A stretch of 64,000 nucleotides of DNA from Patescibacteria group bacterium (GCA_038064675.1 JBBTSM010000003.1:191212-255211), one strand, 5' to 3'; counted from the stretch's first letter, positions 1-9,359 are shown. A program made the numbers and translations. The notes: generated by a model from the letters alone, not told the origin.

Positions 1-50
1 AACCAGCGAAGAATGAGTTTCATAAGGGAAGGTTAAAGCGGTTAAGATGG

Positions 51-281
51 TTAATCGGCTTCGCCTTGGTTAAGGCTGCCGTCAAGATCGGCGAATTTCT
101 TTTTGAGCGTCACGACCGTGTTTTCCACGTCGGCAAGCTTCTCCTTGAGCATCTTTGCCAGCTCAAGCCCACGCTCAAACTTCTTCACGCCCTCATCAAG
201 ATCCACGTTCTGCGTCTCGAACCACTCGGTAATGGATTCGAGCTCCTGAAACGCATCGGCGAACGATATTTTTTTCGACAT
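51..281 (-). CDS. xseB: Exodeoxyribonuclease VII small subunit
   Basis: 76-aa helical acidic protein (…FEEALxRLEEIVxxLE-like pattern: FQELESITEWFETQNVDLDEGVKKFERGLELAK); 4 bp downstream of xseA on the same strand. Confidence 0.8.
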   Translation of the reverse strand: MSKKISFADAFQELESITEWFETQNVDLDEGVKKFERGLELAKMLKEKLADVENTVVTLKKKFADLDGSLNQGEAD

Positions 282-284
282 AGG

Positions 285-1562
285 CTACAATAGTGATTCT
301 TGAACGGCACTCATCTCTACTTGCGCACGGATCTCTCCCTCCCCTAATTGTATGGTGAGACGGTCTCCGGGAGCAACATCGCGTGACGATTTGAGAATTT
401 TCCCCGCAGATCGTACCAATGCGTAGCCACGTTTTAATACTTCGCGCGGATCAATACTCTTCAACACACGCTCAAGCTCCGTAATCGATCGTGAACGCTC
501 GCCGATAACCACCTTCATTCGACTGTCGATCGTCTGAACGCGGCGATCGATGTGTTCCACGGTAGCAATAAGGCTTAATCGGAATCGCTCAAATGCGTAG
601 CCGAATCGGCGCGTCACGTCGTTCATGGATTGGAGTAATCGCGCAAGCGAGCGGTCGAAGATACTCAATGCGCGGTCGATGGCGTGTGATCGATCATCGA
701 TTTCGTACTGCAATCGGTCACCAATACGATCAGCGCTCATCGCGACACTCACCGCAATCTCTCGCCGGTCTGGAACCACACGCTCTGCAGCATTGCTCGG
801 CGTTGAGGCGCGAACATCGGCAACAAAGTCGCACAATGATTCATCGCGTTCGTGGCCAACGCCCACCACCACCGGAACCGCACTCTGAAACACTGCACGA
901 ACAACAGCTTCGCTATTAAATGCGTGTAAATCCTCAAGACTCCCTCCCCCGCGAGTCAGAACGATCACTTCAGGTCGGTTCTCGATCGGAAGTGCATTGA
1001 GTTGTGCGAACGCGCCAAGAATTTCTTGCACCGCGTCTTTGCCCTGCACGGTCACGGGAACGTGCATTACCGTTACGCCGCTCCAACGGTTCCGAAGGAT
1101 TCGAAGAAAATCACCGTATGCTGCGGCTTCGCCAGACGTGATGAGTCCGATGCGCTCAGGGAACCGGGGAATTGATCGCTTACGTGCCACTTCGAACATC
1201 CCCTCCAGTCGAAGCTTCTCTTTCAGCGCGAGGTACGCCTTTTGCAGTGCGCCCTCACCGACCAGTTCAATGGCCGTCACGTTCAGCGTAAACTTTCCAA
1301 ATCGTTCAAACACTTTCGATGTTCCCGTTACGTGTACGCGCATACCGCTTTGCAGCGGGACATTCAACGCGAATACCGTCATGAAACACGAAATCTTTGC
1401 TTCCGCTTTTTCGTCCTTTAAATCAAAATTCACCCACTTCCCCTGGCTTACCTTAAACTCGACAACTTCACCTTCAATCACCATGCCCTCATGAGGGATG
1501 GTGCGAAGGGCGTGATTCACGAGCCCAAGATAATCAGAAACTGAAATGACAGCGGGAGCCAT
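285..1562 (-). CDS. xseA: Exodeoxyribonuclease VII large subunit
   Basis: 425 aa; N-terminal OB-fold region (…GEVVEFKVSQGKWVNFDLKDE…) and conserved central catalytic region (…LTRGGGSLEDLHAFNSEAVVRAV…); xseA-xseB operon order. Confidence 0.85.
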   Translation of the reverse strand: MAPAVISVSDYLGLVNHALRTIPHEGMVIEGEVVEFKVSQGKWVNFDLKDEKAEAKISCFMTVFALNVPLQSGMRVHVTGTSKVFERFGKFTLNVTAIELVGEGALQKAYLALKEKLRLEGMFEVARKRSIPRFPERIGLITSGEAAAYGDFLRILRNRWSGVTVMHVPVTVQGKDAVQEILGAFAQLNALPIENRPEVIVLTRGGGSLEDLHAFNSEAVVRAVFQSAVPVVVGVGHERDESLCDFVADVRASTPSNAAERVVPDRREIAVSVAMSADRIGDRLQYEIDDRSHAIDRALSIFDRSLARLLQSMNDVTRRFGYAFERFRLSLIATVEHIDRRVQTIDSRMKVVIGERSRSITELERVLKSIDPREVLKRGYALVRSAGKILKSSRDVAPGDRLTIQLGEGEIRAQVEMSAVQESLL

Positions 1563-1565
1563 AGG

Positions 1566-1919
1566 TTATGGCGTTGGTTCAGTATTCAAAATTTCTAACG
1601 CTTTCTTCGCAACCTCACCGATATCCTCTCCCCCATTTATGGGGGAGTTGGAGGGGGCTTCGGCGGGAGCCTGAACCGGCTCCGGCTCGGTTACTTTTCT
1701 CGCCTCTGCCTGCATCACTACAGGATTCTGTCTCAGAAGGGCATTAAAGCGCTGTGCGGGAGTCATCTCTGTTGAAAACATGGAGCCGCCGGTTGCACGC
1801 TCAAAGATGTACAGTCCAACGCAAACCAACATTACAAGACCAAACAAATATCCGTACCATGGCTTCCATGGCTTCGGCGCTCCTTCCAACGGATTCTTGA
1901 GCAATCGATTCATGATCAT
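1566..1919 (-). CDS. hypothetical small membrane protein
   Basis: 117-aa ORF, single central TM helix (YLFGLVMLVCVGLYIF), Pro/Ala-rich C-terminus; no recognisable family. Confidence 0.4.
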   Translation of the reverse strand: MIMNRLLKNPLEGAPKPWKPWYGYLFGLVMLVCVGLYIFERATGGSMFSTEMTPAQRFNALLRQNPVVMQAEARKVTEPEPVQAPAEAPSNSPINGGEDIGEVAKKALEILNTEPTP

Positions 1920-1944
1920 AGGACTTTGAGAACTTTCTAATTTT

Positions 1945-2048
1945 AGGCTAGTTTCGATGAACGACGAGCAAAGTTTTCGAGATGTACTTCTCGGTACATC
2001 GAGAAAATTTGCGATGGCGTGAGTCGAAAATAGACAAAATTAGGAAGT
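1945..2048 (+). repeat. ~100-bp intergenic repeat element, copy 1 (TTTTAGGCTAGTTTCGATGAAC…GATGTACttctcgGTACATC…GTGAGTCGAAAATAGACAAAAT)
   Basis: Near-identical to copies at 21058-21160 and 30026-30130; contains 7-bp hairpin GATGTAC/GTACATC; lies upstream of minus-strand gene start at 1919. Confidence 0.7.
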
Positions 2049-3428
2049 TCTCTGCTTTGCCCACTGACGAACCACCCATGTCGCGCGTACGTCGTCTTCA
2101 TTGTAGCGCAACACGTCGTTGAGCATCTCGCGATTTCCGGTACGCAACCAGTCCTCGTACCACAATACCGAGTTCAATCCAGACGCGTCGTCGTGCCGCC
2201 AACGAAAGCCGAGGAACTGCGCGATGTCTTTCAATGAATAAAACGACAACGGGAAAATCACCGCCTCGCGCAAACGCTCGAGAACATCCACCGATCGCTC
2301 TGCAAGGTCGTCAACAAATCCTTCTGGCGCGCCGTGACGCTCCGCCATCAGCCGAAATACGTCTTGTTCGTACCATCCATAGTGATACACCGGAATACCC
2401 GGGCGCGACTCCATGAATGCCACGAATGCATCCCACGCCGCCTTTTCCTCGTCCTGCTTTTCTGCAAGGAACGTGTGGAATTCATCGCCTTGGCCGTGCA
2501 CATCGAGCACACCAAAAAGGTAGTGCAAATCACGAAGCGGATCAGCCTCGATATCAACGACGAGTGCGTCGTCAGTTTTTGGGAAGTCGACTTTTCCGAG
2601 GACGACCGGTTTGCCGTCGAGCAGTGCCTTCGCGCCGAGAATGAGGAATTGCAGACGTTCTTGTGTAACACCAGGAACACTGCGAGCAAGGAGATCCGCG
2701 TTCCGCGTTGAGAGCTGTGTAACCGTGGTGATTCCTGCATCGTTCAACGCCGTCACCTCGCTGCGCCAAATGCGGTTCATGCGCGACAAATGATCATTCG
2801 CAATTGTTTCCTTTTTGCATTCATCGAACCACGGGGATTGTTTGCAATCTGATGTGAGGAAATGTGGTTCGCGAATACCTTCGAGAATGCGTTCAATGCC
2901 ATCGAGGGTGAGGCGGAATTTCGTTTGATACTCCTCGAGGACGTAGGCCTCGACGGTTCCATCGGGCCGCATGATGTATCCCTGTTTTGGCTTCATGCCC
3001 TGAATGCCGCGAAGCACCTCGGCGTAAAACGCGCCCTGCACACAGTATTCATCTTTCAAATGACGAGAACGCTTAATGTCGCAGGCAACGTAGTAGTACT
3101 CTCCAAAAGTCGATTTCCCAGAAACGCGTTCGAAAAGATCGGGTTTTGCAACCCAGTGTCCGTGAATAAGCACGCCACCATAAATCGACTGCGCACCCTG
3201 CTTCATGAGCTCAAGCGTTTTCGCGCACGCCTCCTCTTCCGATTCCGCTGAAACTTCAATGGATTTTCGGGTCACCAAAATTGCGCGCTCTTGCTCCTGG
3301 ATCAAGGCGTCGTCTTGCACTCGCGCTCGCATTGCGTCTTCTCGGTGCGGCAATGTTGCGTCGTACCAAATCCACGACGGACACTTGAGATAACGATAAA
3401 AGCTTTGCTTGGTGATGCGTTTGGACAT
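2040..3428 (-). CDS. RecB-like PD-(D/E)xK nuclease with C-terminal RNase H-like (3'-5' exonuclease, DIE motif) domain (COG2251/TM0106-type)
   Basis: 462 aa; N-terminal Cys-containing Cas4/RecB-like region (YRYLKCPSWIWYD…), C-terminal LVVDIEADPL…YHYGWYE exonuclease-like motifs; immediately downstream of an XRE regulator. Confidence 0.55.
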   Translation of the reverse strand: MSKRITKQSFYRYLKCPSWIWYDATLPHREDAMRARVQDDALIQEQERAILVTRKSIEVSAESEEEACAKTLELMKQGAQSIYGGVLIHGHWVAKPDLFERVSGKSTFGEYYYVACDIKRSRHLKDEYCVQGAFYAEVLRGIQGMKPKQGYIMRPDGTVEAYVLEEYQTKFRLTLDGIERILEGIREPHFLTSDCKQSPWFDECKKETIANDHLSRMNRIWRSEVTALNDAGITTVTQLSTRNADLLARSVPGVTQERLQFLILGAKALLDGKPVVLGKVDFPKTDDALVVDIEADPLRDLHYLFGVLDVHGQGDEFHTFLAEKQDEEKAAWDAFVAFMESRPGIPVYHYGWYEQDVFRLMAERHGAPEGFVDDLAERSVDVLERLREAVIFPLSFYSLKDIAQFLGFRWRHDDASGLNSVLWYEDWLRTGNREMLNDVLRYNEDDVRATWVVRQWAKQRTS

Positions 3429-3445
3429 GAGGGCAGTGTACAGGA

Positions 3446-3673
3446 CTACGCCTTGAAGGTGAATAAATCTTCGATTTTCACCCGCAAATACGCCGCGAGC
3501 CGAAATGCGGTGAACAATGAGGGTTGCGCAGTGCCCTTTTCAATAGCGGCAAGCGCCTGACGACCAATGCCGATTTCTTTTGCAAGATCGGTCTGCGAGA
3601 TCGGAATGAGAATACGATACGAATACACGCGGGAAATGAATTTGATTTTCTTTTGAGAAGATGGGGCGTGCAT
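3446..3673 (-). CDS. XRE-family helix-turn-helix transcriptional regulator
   Basis: 75 aa; classic HTH_3 signature (SQTDLAKEIGIGRQALAAIEKGTAQPSLFTAFRLAAYLRVKIEDLF). Confidence 0.7.
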   Translation of the reverse strand: MHAPSSQKKIKFISRVYSYRILIPISQTDLAKEIGIGRQALAAIEKGTAQPSLFTAFRLAAYLRVKIEDLFTFKA

Positions 3674-3785
3674 AGAAGCGATCTGAACCTGATCCTTTAA
3701 AGGGTTGTGAGGGGCTTATGCTGACATGTGCATCATCGGCGATCCCCATATTCCGACCTGAGGTGCCTCGATTTTCGATTTCGCC

Positions 3786-3913
3786 GATGTCGTGTTGACA
3801 CAACATTTCATTCGCGAAAACGCCAATGATTTTCACAATCAGATGTCGTGTCGACACGACATCTACAATATCACAAAACACACACGCCAAGATCGCCGAT
3901 CGTGTCGTGTCAC
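3786..3913. promoter_or_regulatory. Operator-like palindromes in the promoter region of the XRE regulator (GATGTCGTGTCGACACGACATC perfect 22-bp palindrome at 3842-3863; imperfect copies at 3786-3806 and 3896-3913)
   Basis: Three related TGTCGTGT(T/C)GACAC(G/A)ACA dyads spaced ~56 bp apart directly upstream of the minus-strand HTH gene start (3673). Confidence 0.45.
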
Positions 3914-3956
3914 ACCCATCCTGCTCACACCCCATCCCTCCCAACCTATTCCAAGG

Positions 3957-4490
3957 TCAGTTCGAACGCGCCTTATCTCTCTCTTCCGCCCCCAGCGTCA
4001 TTGCACTATTCAATATCATCGCCACAGAGACCGATGATCCCGGTTTCCGTACAATCGTAGACCAGGATGGCTGTCCACCGTCAGCGCCGTTCACCATAAG
4101 CGATTCATTCCAGTCAAGAACATGTTCAACGCCCTTCGGAAAAAGCGCCTCCAAAAATTCTCGTGATCTTCCAATGCCGCGAATATCATGTTTATCCTCA
4201 GAGCGATGAAAGAGAGAGTACATTCCACCGGGTTTCAATTTGGTAAATGCAGCCGCAATAAATGCTCGTTTCGCGTCGTCGTCCAAGGATTCCAACGACC
4301 CGTGGTCTGCAATCGCCGCAAGCGATTCATTCGCAATGAGCTCAAAGTCCGTCGCGGAATATGCATCTAATATCTTTCCTTCTTCTTTTGCTGCCTGAAG
4401 AAGTGTCTCGAGCGTCGAATGCTGCTGCGGAGCTCGCTCCTTACTTGAGGTGTTCTCAAAACTCTCCGTTCCAAATACTGGATCATTCAT
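3957..4490 (-). CDS. hypothetical protein (weak resemblance to C-terminal part of a class I methyltransferase: …KLKPGGMYSLF…)
   Basis: 177-aa ORF with consistent coding strand; no SAM-binding GxGxG motif seen. Confidence 0.35.
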   Translation of the reverse strand: MNDPVFGTESFENTSSKERAPQQHSTLETLLQAAKEEGKILDAYSATDFELIANESLAAIADHGSLESLDDDAKRAFIAAAFTKLKPGGMYSLFHRSEDKHDIRGIGRSREFLEALFPKGVEHVLDWNESLMVNGADGGQPSWSTIVRKPGSSVSVAMILNSAMTLGAEERDKARSN

Positions 4491-4609
4491 ATGTCGCTAC
4501 TGTATCACAACAAAACACGAGGCGAACCTCGTGTTTTGGATATCTTTTATTGCGCGTCTTCAACCATCACTTTTGTTACGATTTGATTTTCCACTGGCCA
4601 ATCGTGCGA

Positions 4610-5089
4610 TTACAAAATTCCCGCAGCACGAACACAGTCAAAATCTTTTTGTACAACCGAGTGCAATGGCGATGGCAATGTATCAAGGGTAAACCAGCCA
4701 ATCTCATCAATCTTGTGCGGTTCACCATTTTTTACCTCGGAAGGATCGACGCGAACGGCGAATGTGAGTGCAACCCAGTGCGTTGGAGTTCCATCGTTGT
4801 CTCTCAAAACATTATGCGTCCCGCACAACGTCACGTCTTTCGCTATTGCGCAGTACTCTTCGAAGACTTCCCGACGAACAGTCTCCTCAAAATTCTCGCC
4901 AAATTCGAGCGCGCCTCCCCCGCAATCCCACCGTCCGTGTTCATCTCGCGCGTTCGTGCTTCGCTTTTGCAGAACAAACTTTCCATCACCATCATGACAT
5001 ACAAAACTACACGCAACGCCAATGCAATCCACGCCACGCTTTAGCCCTATTTTTGTTGCGTCGTCGGTCATATGCGACGATACTATCAC
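4610..5089 (-). CDS. NUDIX hydrolase
   Basis: Nudix box GGGALEFGENFEETVRREVFEEYC (GX5EX7REVXEEXGU pattern). Confidence 0.7.
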   Translation of the reverse strand: MIVSSHMTDDATKIGLKRGVDCIGVACSFVCHDGDGKFVLQKRSTNARDEHGRWDCGGGALEFGENFEETVRREVFEEYCAIAKDVTLCGTHNVLRDNDGTPTHWVALTFAVRVDPSEVKNGEPHKIDEIGWFTLDTLPSPLHSVVQKDFDCVRAAGIL

Positions 5090-5122
5090 AAAGGCGAGGC
5101 ACAGTGGCCTCGCCTTTGCTGT

Positions 5123-5758
5123 TTATTGAATGTCCTCAACCGTCACCTTCGTCATCACTTGGTTCTCTACTGGCCGATCGTGCGCACCGGTTTTGGTTGC
5201 AGCGATTGCGTCTACCACATCCATGCCCGATGTCACTTCCCCAAAAATGCTGTACGCATGTGGCAGCGGAACGTCTTTGTGCATAATAAAGAACTGGCTG
5301 CCATTCGTATTTGGCCCGGCATTTGCCATTGCCACTGTTCCGCGAGTGTAGGTATGGGTATCAGCGAGTTCGTCCGAGAATTTGTATCCCGGGCCACCAG
5401 AACCTGTTCCCGTTGGATCACCGCCTTGAATCATGAAATCGCTAATCACGCGATGAAAAATCAATCCGTCGTAATAACCGTTGCTCGCCAAATACACAAA
5501 GTTCGAAACGGTCTTTGGCGCAGTATCGTCGTACAATTTGAACACGATATCGCCCTGTGCTGTCGTGAGGCGAATCTGCTTATTGTGAATCTGCTCTGCA
5601 GGAAGCACGCCTGGGAATGACCATGTTTTCGTTTCCACAACGGGGGTAGGTGATGAAGAGTCTTGTACCACAGGAGTTGTACCCGATGGAGCCGACGTTG
5701 TGCAACCCGCGCCTAAGAGCCACAAAAACCCAGCGGTGATGATCAAAGAATGTTTCAC
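5123..5758 (-). CDS. Peptidyl-prolyl cis-trans isomerase, cyclophilin type, with lipoprotein-like signal peptide
   Basis: Cyclophilin signature FHRVISDFMIQGGDPTGTGSGGPGY…; N-terminus MKHSLIITAGFLWLLGAGC (lipobox-like). Confidence 0.85.
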   Translation of the reverse strand: MKHSLIITAGFLWLLGAGCTTSAPSGTTPVVQDSSSPTPVVETKTWSFPGVLPAEQIHNKQIRLTTAQGDIVFKLYDDTAPKTVSNFVYLASNGYYDGLIFHRVISDFMIQGGDPTGTGSGGPGYKFSDELADTHTYTRGTVAMANAGPNTNGSQFFIMHKDVPLPHAYSIFGEVTSGMDVVDAIAATKTGAHDRPVENQVMTKVTVEDIQ

Positions 5759-5762
5759 AGAA

Positions 5763-5882
5763 TTACTTTAATTGCGACGTGAGTGTTTGCACCTTCGCTT
5801 GCTGAATGCGAAGCGCGTACACCGACGTGAAGAGTACTGCAGAAAGCGAAAAGACCAAAACAAGCAAAAGCGCCATCAGTTC
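5763..5882 (-). CDS. possible small membrane protein (MELMALLLVLVFSLSAVLFTSVYALRIQQAK…)
   Basis: Short ORF with one TM helix; start uncertain (track ORF extends to 6032). Confidence 0.2.
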   Translation of the reverse strand, partial: ELMALLLVLVFSLSAVLFTSVYALRIQQAKVQTLTSQLK

Positions 5883-6065
5883 CATGCTTCCTGCTGGAAG
5901 TGCGTGGCAGCTTTGGCACAAATTATGATGACGAGCTGGCGCAACCACCGGAACAACGTGCGATGCCGACGAGAACGATCGCGCACGACGAGGTGCTGCA
6001 GCTGGTTTTTTTGATGAGGCGCGTGTTGCCATAAGAAAAAGTTGATGATGGATGCCAAAAGTATA

Positions 6066-6818
6066 TCACTCCCTCGCGCGAAGTTCTTCCCCAGTCGCGC
6101 ATCCCGTTCCGTCTGCCGACACCACCCATTCACCAACCAACGTAAACTCTACGAGAGTATCCACATCATCAACAGGGACAAATAGCGTTCTTACCGAGGA
6201 TGAAAATTCACTGTGATCCCCGGCACCAATGTTCCCACCGCATCCACCATACTCTCCAAAACCTTCCAATCGGACCGGAACACCATCAGGCAATGTATAT
6301 GCAAGCGAAATACCATATCCCCGCGTACTGTTCGGTGCCCTCACCCGAAGAAGAGTGCCAAACGTCGAGAGCATGATCGGTGCAGAAATCTTTGGCGTAA
6401 TACCTAAAGCAAAGTCACCAAGCGTCGACACACGCACAGCTAAAACATCGTCAGTATCCGCGACCACGTCGTACAATCGTTCCCACATGCCAAGCGACAC
6501 ATCAAACCAATACACCGCCGTTGCGTCCAGAGTTCCTGCAGTTGCCGAGCGCTCAAAGGAAAGAATAATCGGCGCATCATGCTGCACGTTGGTTGGCGCA
6601 ACGTGATACACATGGCTCACGAGCGGTATTGCAACCGTCGCCGTATTGTCGACCACCACCGAAAAATCATTCGCGGTTCGCGAAAGCCCAGTAATCGTTA
6701 CCACGCCGTCATCGCTCTTCACCTCTCGTGCTTCCGGCTCCTTTGCCACAATAAACCACACCGTCATTCCCAAAACGATCACTGCAAAAATTCCAAAAAT
6801 TCCTCGAATCGATTTCAT
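6066..6818 (-). CDS. hypothetical N-terminally membrane-anchored protein
   Basis: Likely start MKSIRGIFGIFAVIVLGMTVWFIV (TM/signal) just downstream of metK stop; remainder Thr/Val-rich extracytoplasmic-like. Confidence 0.4.
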   Translation of the reverse strand: MKSIRGIFGIFAVIVLGMTVWFIVAKEPEAREVKSDDGVVTITGLSRTANDFSVVVDNTATVAIPLVSHVYHVAPTNVQHDAPIILSFERSATAGTLDATAVYWFDVSLGMWERLYDVVADTDDVLAVRVSTLGDFALGITPKISAPIMLSTFGTLLRVRAPNSTRGYGISLAYTLPDGVPVRLEGFGEYGGCGGNIGAGDHSEFSSSVRTLFVPVDDVDTLVEFTLVGEWVVSADGTGCATGEELRARE

Positions 6819-6825
6819 GACGTCA

Positions 6826-7860
6826 TTATACAACGTCTTCCCACGGCAAACCGGTTCTGCCGAACATGCCATACGTGGAACACGATGCGTAGATTGGTTT
6901 TCGAAGCTGCAGGCGCTCGACGATGGCTTCTGGACGGAAATCAAAACGCTTCTTTACTTCATCGGTAAGATCGTCGCCGCTGCCCGATCGCGCCGAGAGT
7001 ACCAATGGCTCCGCGATGCCGAGCGCGTACATCGCCGTAATCAACACATTCGATGCGATACCCTCTGTCACCAACGTCTTTGCCGCAAAGCGCGCCATGT
7101 AGGTTCCGGAACGTCCTGGTTTCAACGGATCTTTTCCCGCAAGTCCCATGCCGCCATGTGGCAACAATCCGCCATAAGAATCGGCGAGAACCTTTCGCCC
7201 AGACACGCCAGCGTTCGCACCGAACCCACCTTTGGTAAACGATCCACCAGAGTTCACCAAAATCTTCACGTCATCCATCGACGGCAACGATGGCACGATA
7301 GCTTCTTCGACGATCTGCGACTGCACAATCGACAATTCCATCGTTGGGTCGTGCTCAACAATCACGGTGACGGCGCGAACGCGATCACCGTCGGTAGCGA
7401 GTTGTACTTTTCCGTCTGGTCGCAACCACGAAAACCGCGGATCGCTTTGGCGCAGCATATCAATGCGACGGGCAATCACATTGGCATACACCACACTTCG
7501 CGGCAACATCTCTCGCGTTTCTTTCGTTGCGTATCCATGAACAATCGCCGTGCCCTGCGCGCCACCACGCACCATCGTTCGCGCAGAATCTTCTGTTGGC
7601 TTATCGAGGTTCACGAAAAGCTCAATTGCATCGGTGTATCCCGCGGCCGCGTACACTGCTTTCCCAACCGCAGCAGCATCAAAATCTGCGCGCGAATCCA
7701 CCACACCGCCAAGCATCACCATGCCGTTGCTTCCCAACGCCTGTACATCCATCCGCGTTAACGGATCACGACGCAAATACTCATCGAGGACGGACTCGAC
7801 GATCTGATCGCACACTTTATCTGGATGTCCGGCAAGAGGTGCTTCGACGACTTTGAGCAT
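6826..7860 (-). CDS. metK: S-adenosylmethionine synthetase (short form)
   Basis: MLKVVEAPLAGHPDKVCDQI… (GHPDK motif), GGAQGTAIVHGY, GKDPLKPGRSGTY motifs; true start at ATG 7858-7860 inside longer track ORF. Confidence 0.85.
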   Translation of the reverse strand: MLKVVEAPLAGHPDKVCDQIVESVLDEYLRRDPLTRMDVQALGSNGMVMLGGVVDSRADFDAAAVGKAVYAAAGYTDAIELFVNLDKPTEDSARTMVRGGAQGTAIVHGYATKETREMLPRSVVYANVIARRIDMLRQSDPRFSWLRPDGKVQLATDGDRVRAVTVIVEHDPTMELSIVQSQIVEEAIVPSLPSMDDVKILVNSGGSFTKGGFGANAGVSGRKVLADSYGGLLPHGGMGLAGKDPLKPGRSGTYMARFAAKTLVTEGIASNVLITAMYALGIAEPLVLSARSGSGDDLTDEVKKRFDFRPEAIVERLQLRKPIYASCSTYGMFGRTGLPWEDVV

Positions 7861-7910
7861 AAAAAGAGATACCAAGAGACTACCACAAAACGTTATCCAC
7901 ACCGAGAGCC

Positions 7911-7945
7911 TTGTGTTCGTCTTCTGTTCGGCTATGATACGAACA
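7911..7945 (+). promoter_or_regulatory. lexA promoter (-35 TTGTGT 7911-7916, -10 TATGAT 7933-7938) with candidate LexA operator GTTC-N7-GTTC (7915-7929) and overlapping dyad TGTTCG-N9-CGAACA (7925-7945)
   Basis: Direct repeat GTTCgtcttctGTTC in the spacer; inverted TGTTCG/CGAACA; immediately upstream of lexA ATG 7954. Confidence 0.4.
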
Positions 7946-7953
7946 TAACACGA

Positions 7954-8589
7954 ATGCCTATGTCCATTCTTCCACCACTCACCAAGAAACAACGCGAAGT
8001 CCTCGACTGTATTGAAGGCTTTGTGAAGGACAACGGCTATACGCCATCCTATCGCGAAATCGCTGAACAGCTCGGCCTTTCGTCCCCAGCCACCATTCAC
8101 CAGCACATCAAAACGCTCTGCGAAAAAGGCATCATCAATACCGGCGACAGAGGAGAAGCGCGAAGTATCGAGCTCGTGGAGCCAGAACGCATGTCCCCTC
8201 TCGCCATTATGCTCCCATTGGCCGGGCTTATCACCGCCGGCGAACCCATCGAAGCTGTGGAGCAGAACGAGGCTATGGCCATTCCCGCAGACTTCGTGAT
8301 GGACCCAATGAACTCATACATTCTCAAAGTGAAAGGACGATCAATGATTGAAGATGGCATCTTCGACGGCGACTATGTGGTGGTTGAGCGAAATCCCTCA
8401 CCAAAGAATGGAGACATCGTGGTCGCGCTCCTTGATAACGCCTACGCTACACTCAAGCGCTTCTATCGCGAACGTGATCACATCCGTCTCCAACCCGCCA
8501 ACAGCACCATGCAACCAATCATCGTCAAAGGAGATTTAAACATTCAAGGAATTGTCCGAGCCGTGATGCGACGTTTTTCTACAATCTAA
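7954..8589 (+). CDS. lexA: LexA repressor
   Basis: N-terminal winged HTH (LTKKQREVLDCIEGFVKDNGYTPSYREIAEQLGLSSPATIHQHIKTLCEKG), C-terminal S24 peptidase with Ser (KVKGRSM) and Lys (LKRF) and cleavage-site region (LAGLITAGEPIEA). Confidence 0.85.
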   Translation: MPMSILPPLTKKQREVLDCIEGFVKDNGYTPSYREIAEQLGLSSPATIHQHIKTLCEKGIINTGDRGEARSIELVEPERMSPLAIMLPLAGLITAGEPIEAVEQNEAMAIPADFVMDPMNSYILKVKGRSMIEDGIFDGDYVVVERNPSPKNGDIVVALLDNAYATLKRFYRERDHIRLQPANSTMQPIIVKGDLNIQGIVRAVMRRFSTI

Positions 8590-8774
8590 ACCTTCATCGA
8601 GCAATCTATGAACTCTATCGCGATTCGTCACTACAATGTGACGGCTGCTTATTGCACCTCGCCTTTCAACACCAAGCGCCACGAAGTTGCAAAACAGATT
8701 CGTCAGTTCCTCAATCTTCGCCGATTCCGGAAGCATATTCGCTCATTCGCGCCATTACGTCTTGCGTAACACCT

Positions 8775-9026
8775 ATGCCTGTTCACGAACTCCTCAACGA
8801 ACCCGTCGATGTCCGTGTCGAGTTTGCGGGAAAGCGCGTTCGTCCAACGCACGTGCATTGGGGAAAGAAAACGTATGTCATGAAAAAGGTGAACCTCGTG
8901 CACGGCACAAACGAAGGCGAAAAACGCATCTATTACTTCTCTGTTTCCGACGACACATCGTTTATGAAACTTCGTTTAGACACTGGGGCTTTAGCGTGGA
9001 GCATTGTTGAATTTTATAGCGAATAA
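8775..9026 (+). CDS. hypothetical small protein downstream of lexA (MPVHELLNEPVDVRVEFAGKRVRPTHVHWGKKTYVMKK…)
   Basis: ~84-aa ORF between lexA and dinB on same strand; start uncertain; no family recognised. Confidence 0.3.
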   Translation: MPVHELLNEPVDVRVEFAGKRVRPTHVHWGKKTYVMKKVNLVHGTNEGEKRIYYFSVSDDTSFMKLRLDTGALAWSIVEFYSE

Positions 9027-9189
9027 ATATGAACACCCGTCGGAGGACCGGAAATCGTTTTACCTTTTCGCTCAGCGAAATTCTCTCGTCACACATCCAA
9101 AAAGCCCGCAAACACCGCGCCATCCTCAAACCGCGCACCCAAGCACGACGGTTTGAGAATAATCTTCGTCTACCGTTAGCGCTACTGAA

Positions 9190-9359
9190 TCGGGAGTGAC
9201 GCGAAGCGAACGATTCAACGGGTGGCGCCGAGGGAGGCCCCCGTACGGAGCGCAACGAGCGCCGCACAAACTCGATGCTTACGCAAAGGGTTCACGTGCG
9301 AGCTGAGCACCGTAACGGGGTCCGAGGCGACAGGACCCGTTGATGAGTGAGAGAAGCCT
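9190..9359 (+). promoter_or_regulatory. Candidate structured 5' leader of dinB containing conserved 19-nt motif TCAACGGGTGGCGCCGAGG (9215-9233)
   Basis: Motif identical to 54842-54860; 5' TCAACGGG (9215-9222) can pair with CCCGTTGA (9336-9343), competing with local hairpin GGGGTCC/GGACCC (9317-9338) just before the RBS/ATG. Confidence 0.3.

Noticed and set aside
593-1494. Several 60-165-aa ORFs on the plus strand inside xseA (593-919, 625-888, 997-1494)
   Set aside because: They are antisense to a well-supported conserved gene, with biased low-complexity (Arg/Ser-rich) translations and no motifs. Typical shadow ORFs.
8808-8820. Palindrome GTTCACGAAC inside the 8775-9026 ORF, considered as a Cheo-type LexA box
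   Set aside because: It lies within coding sequence with no promoter context, and spacing does not match GAAC-N4-GTTC. Probably coincidental.
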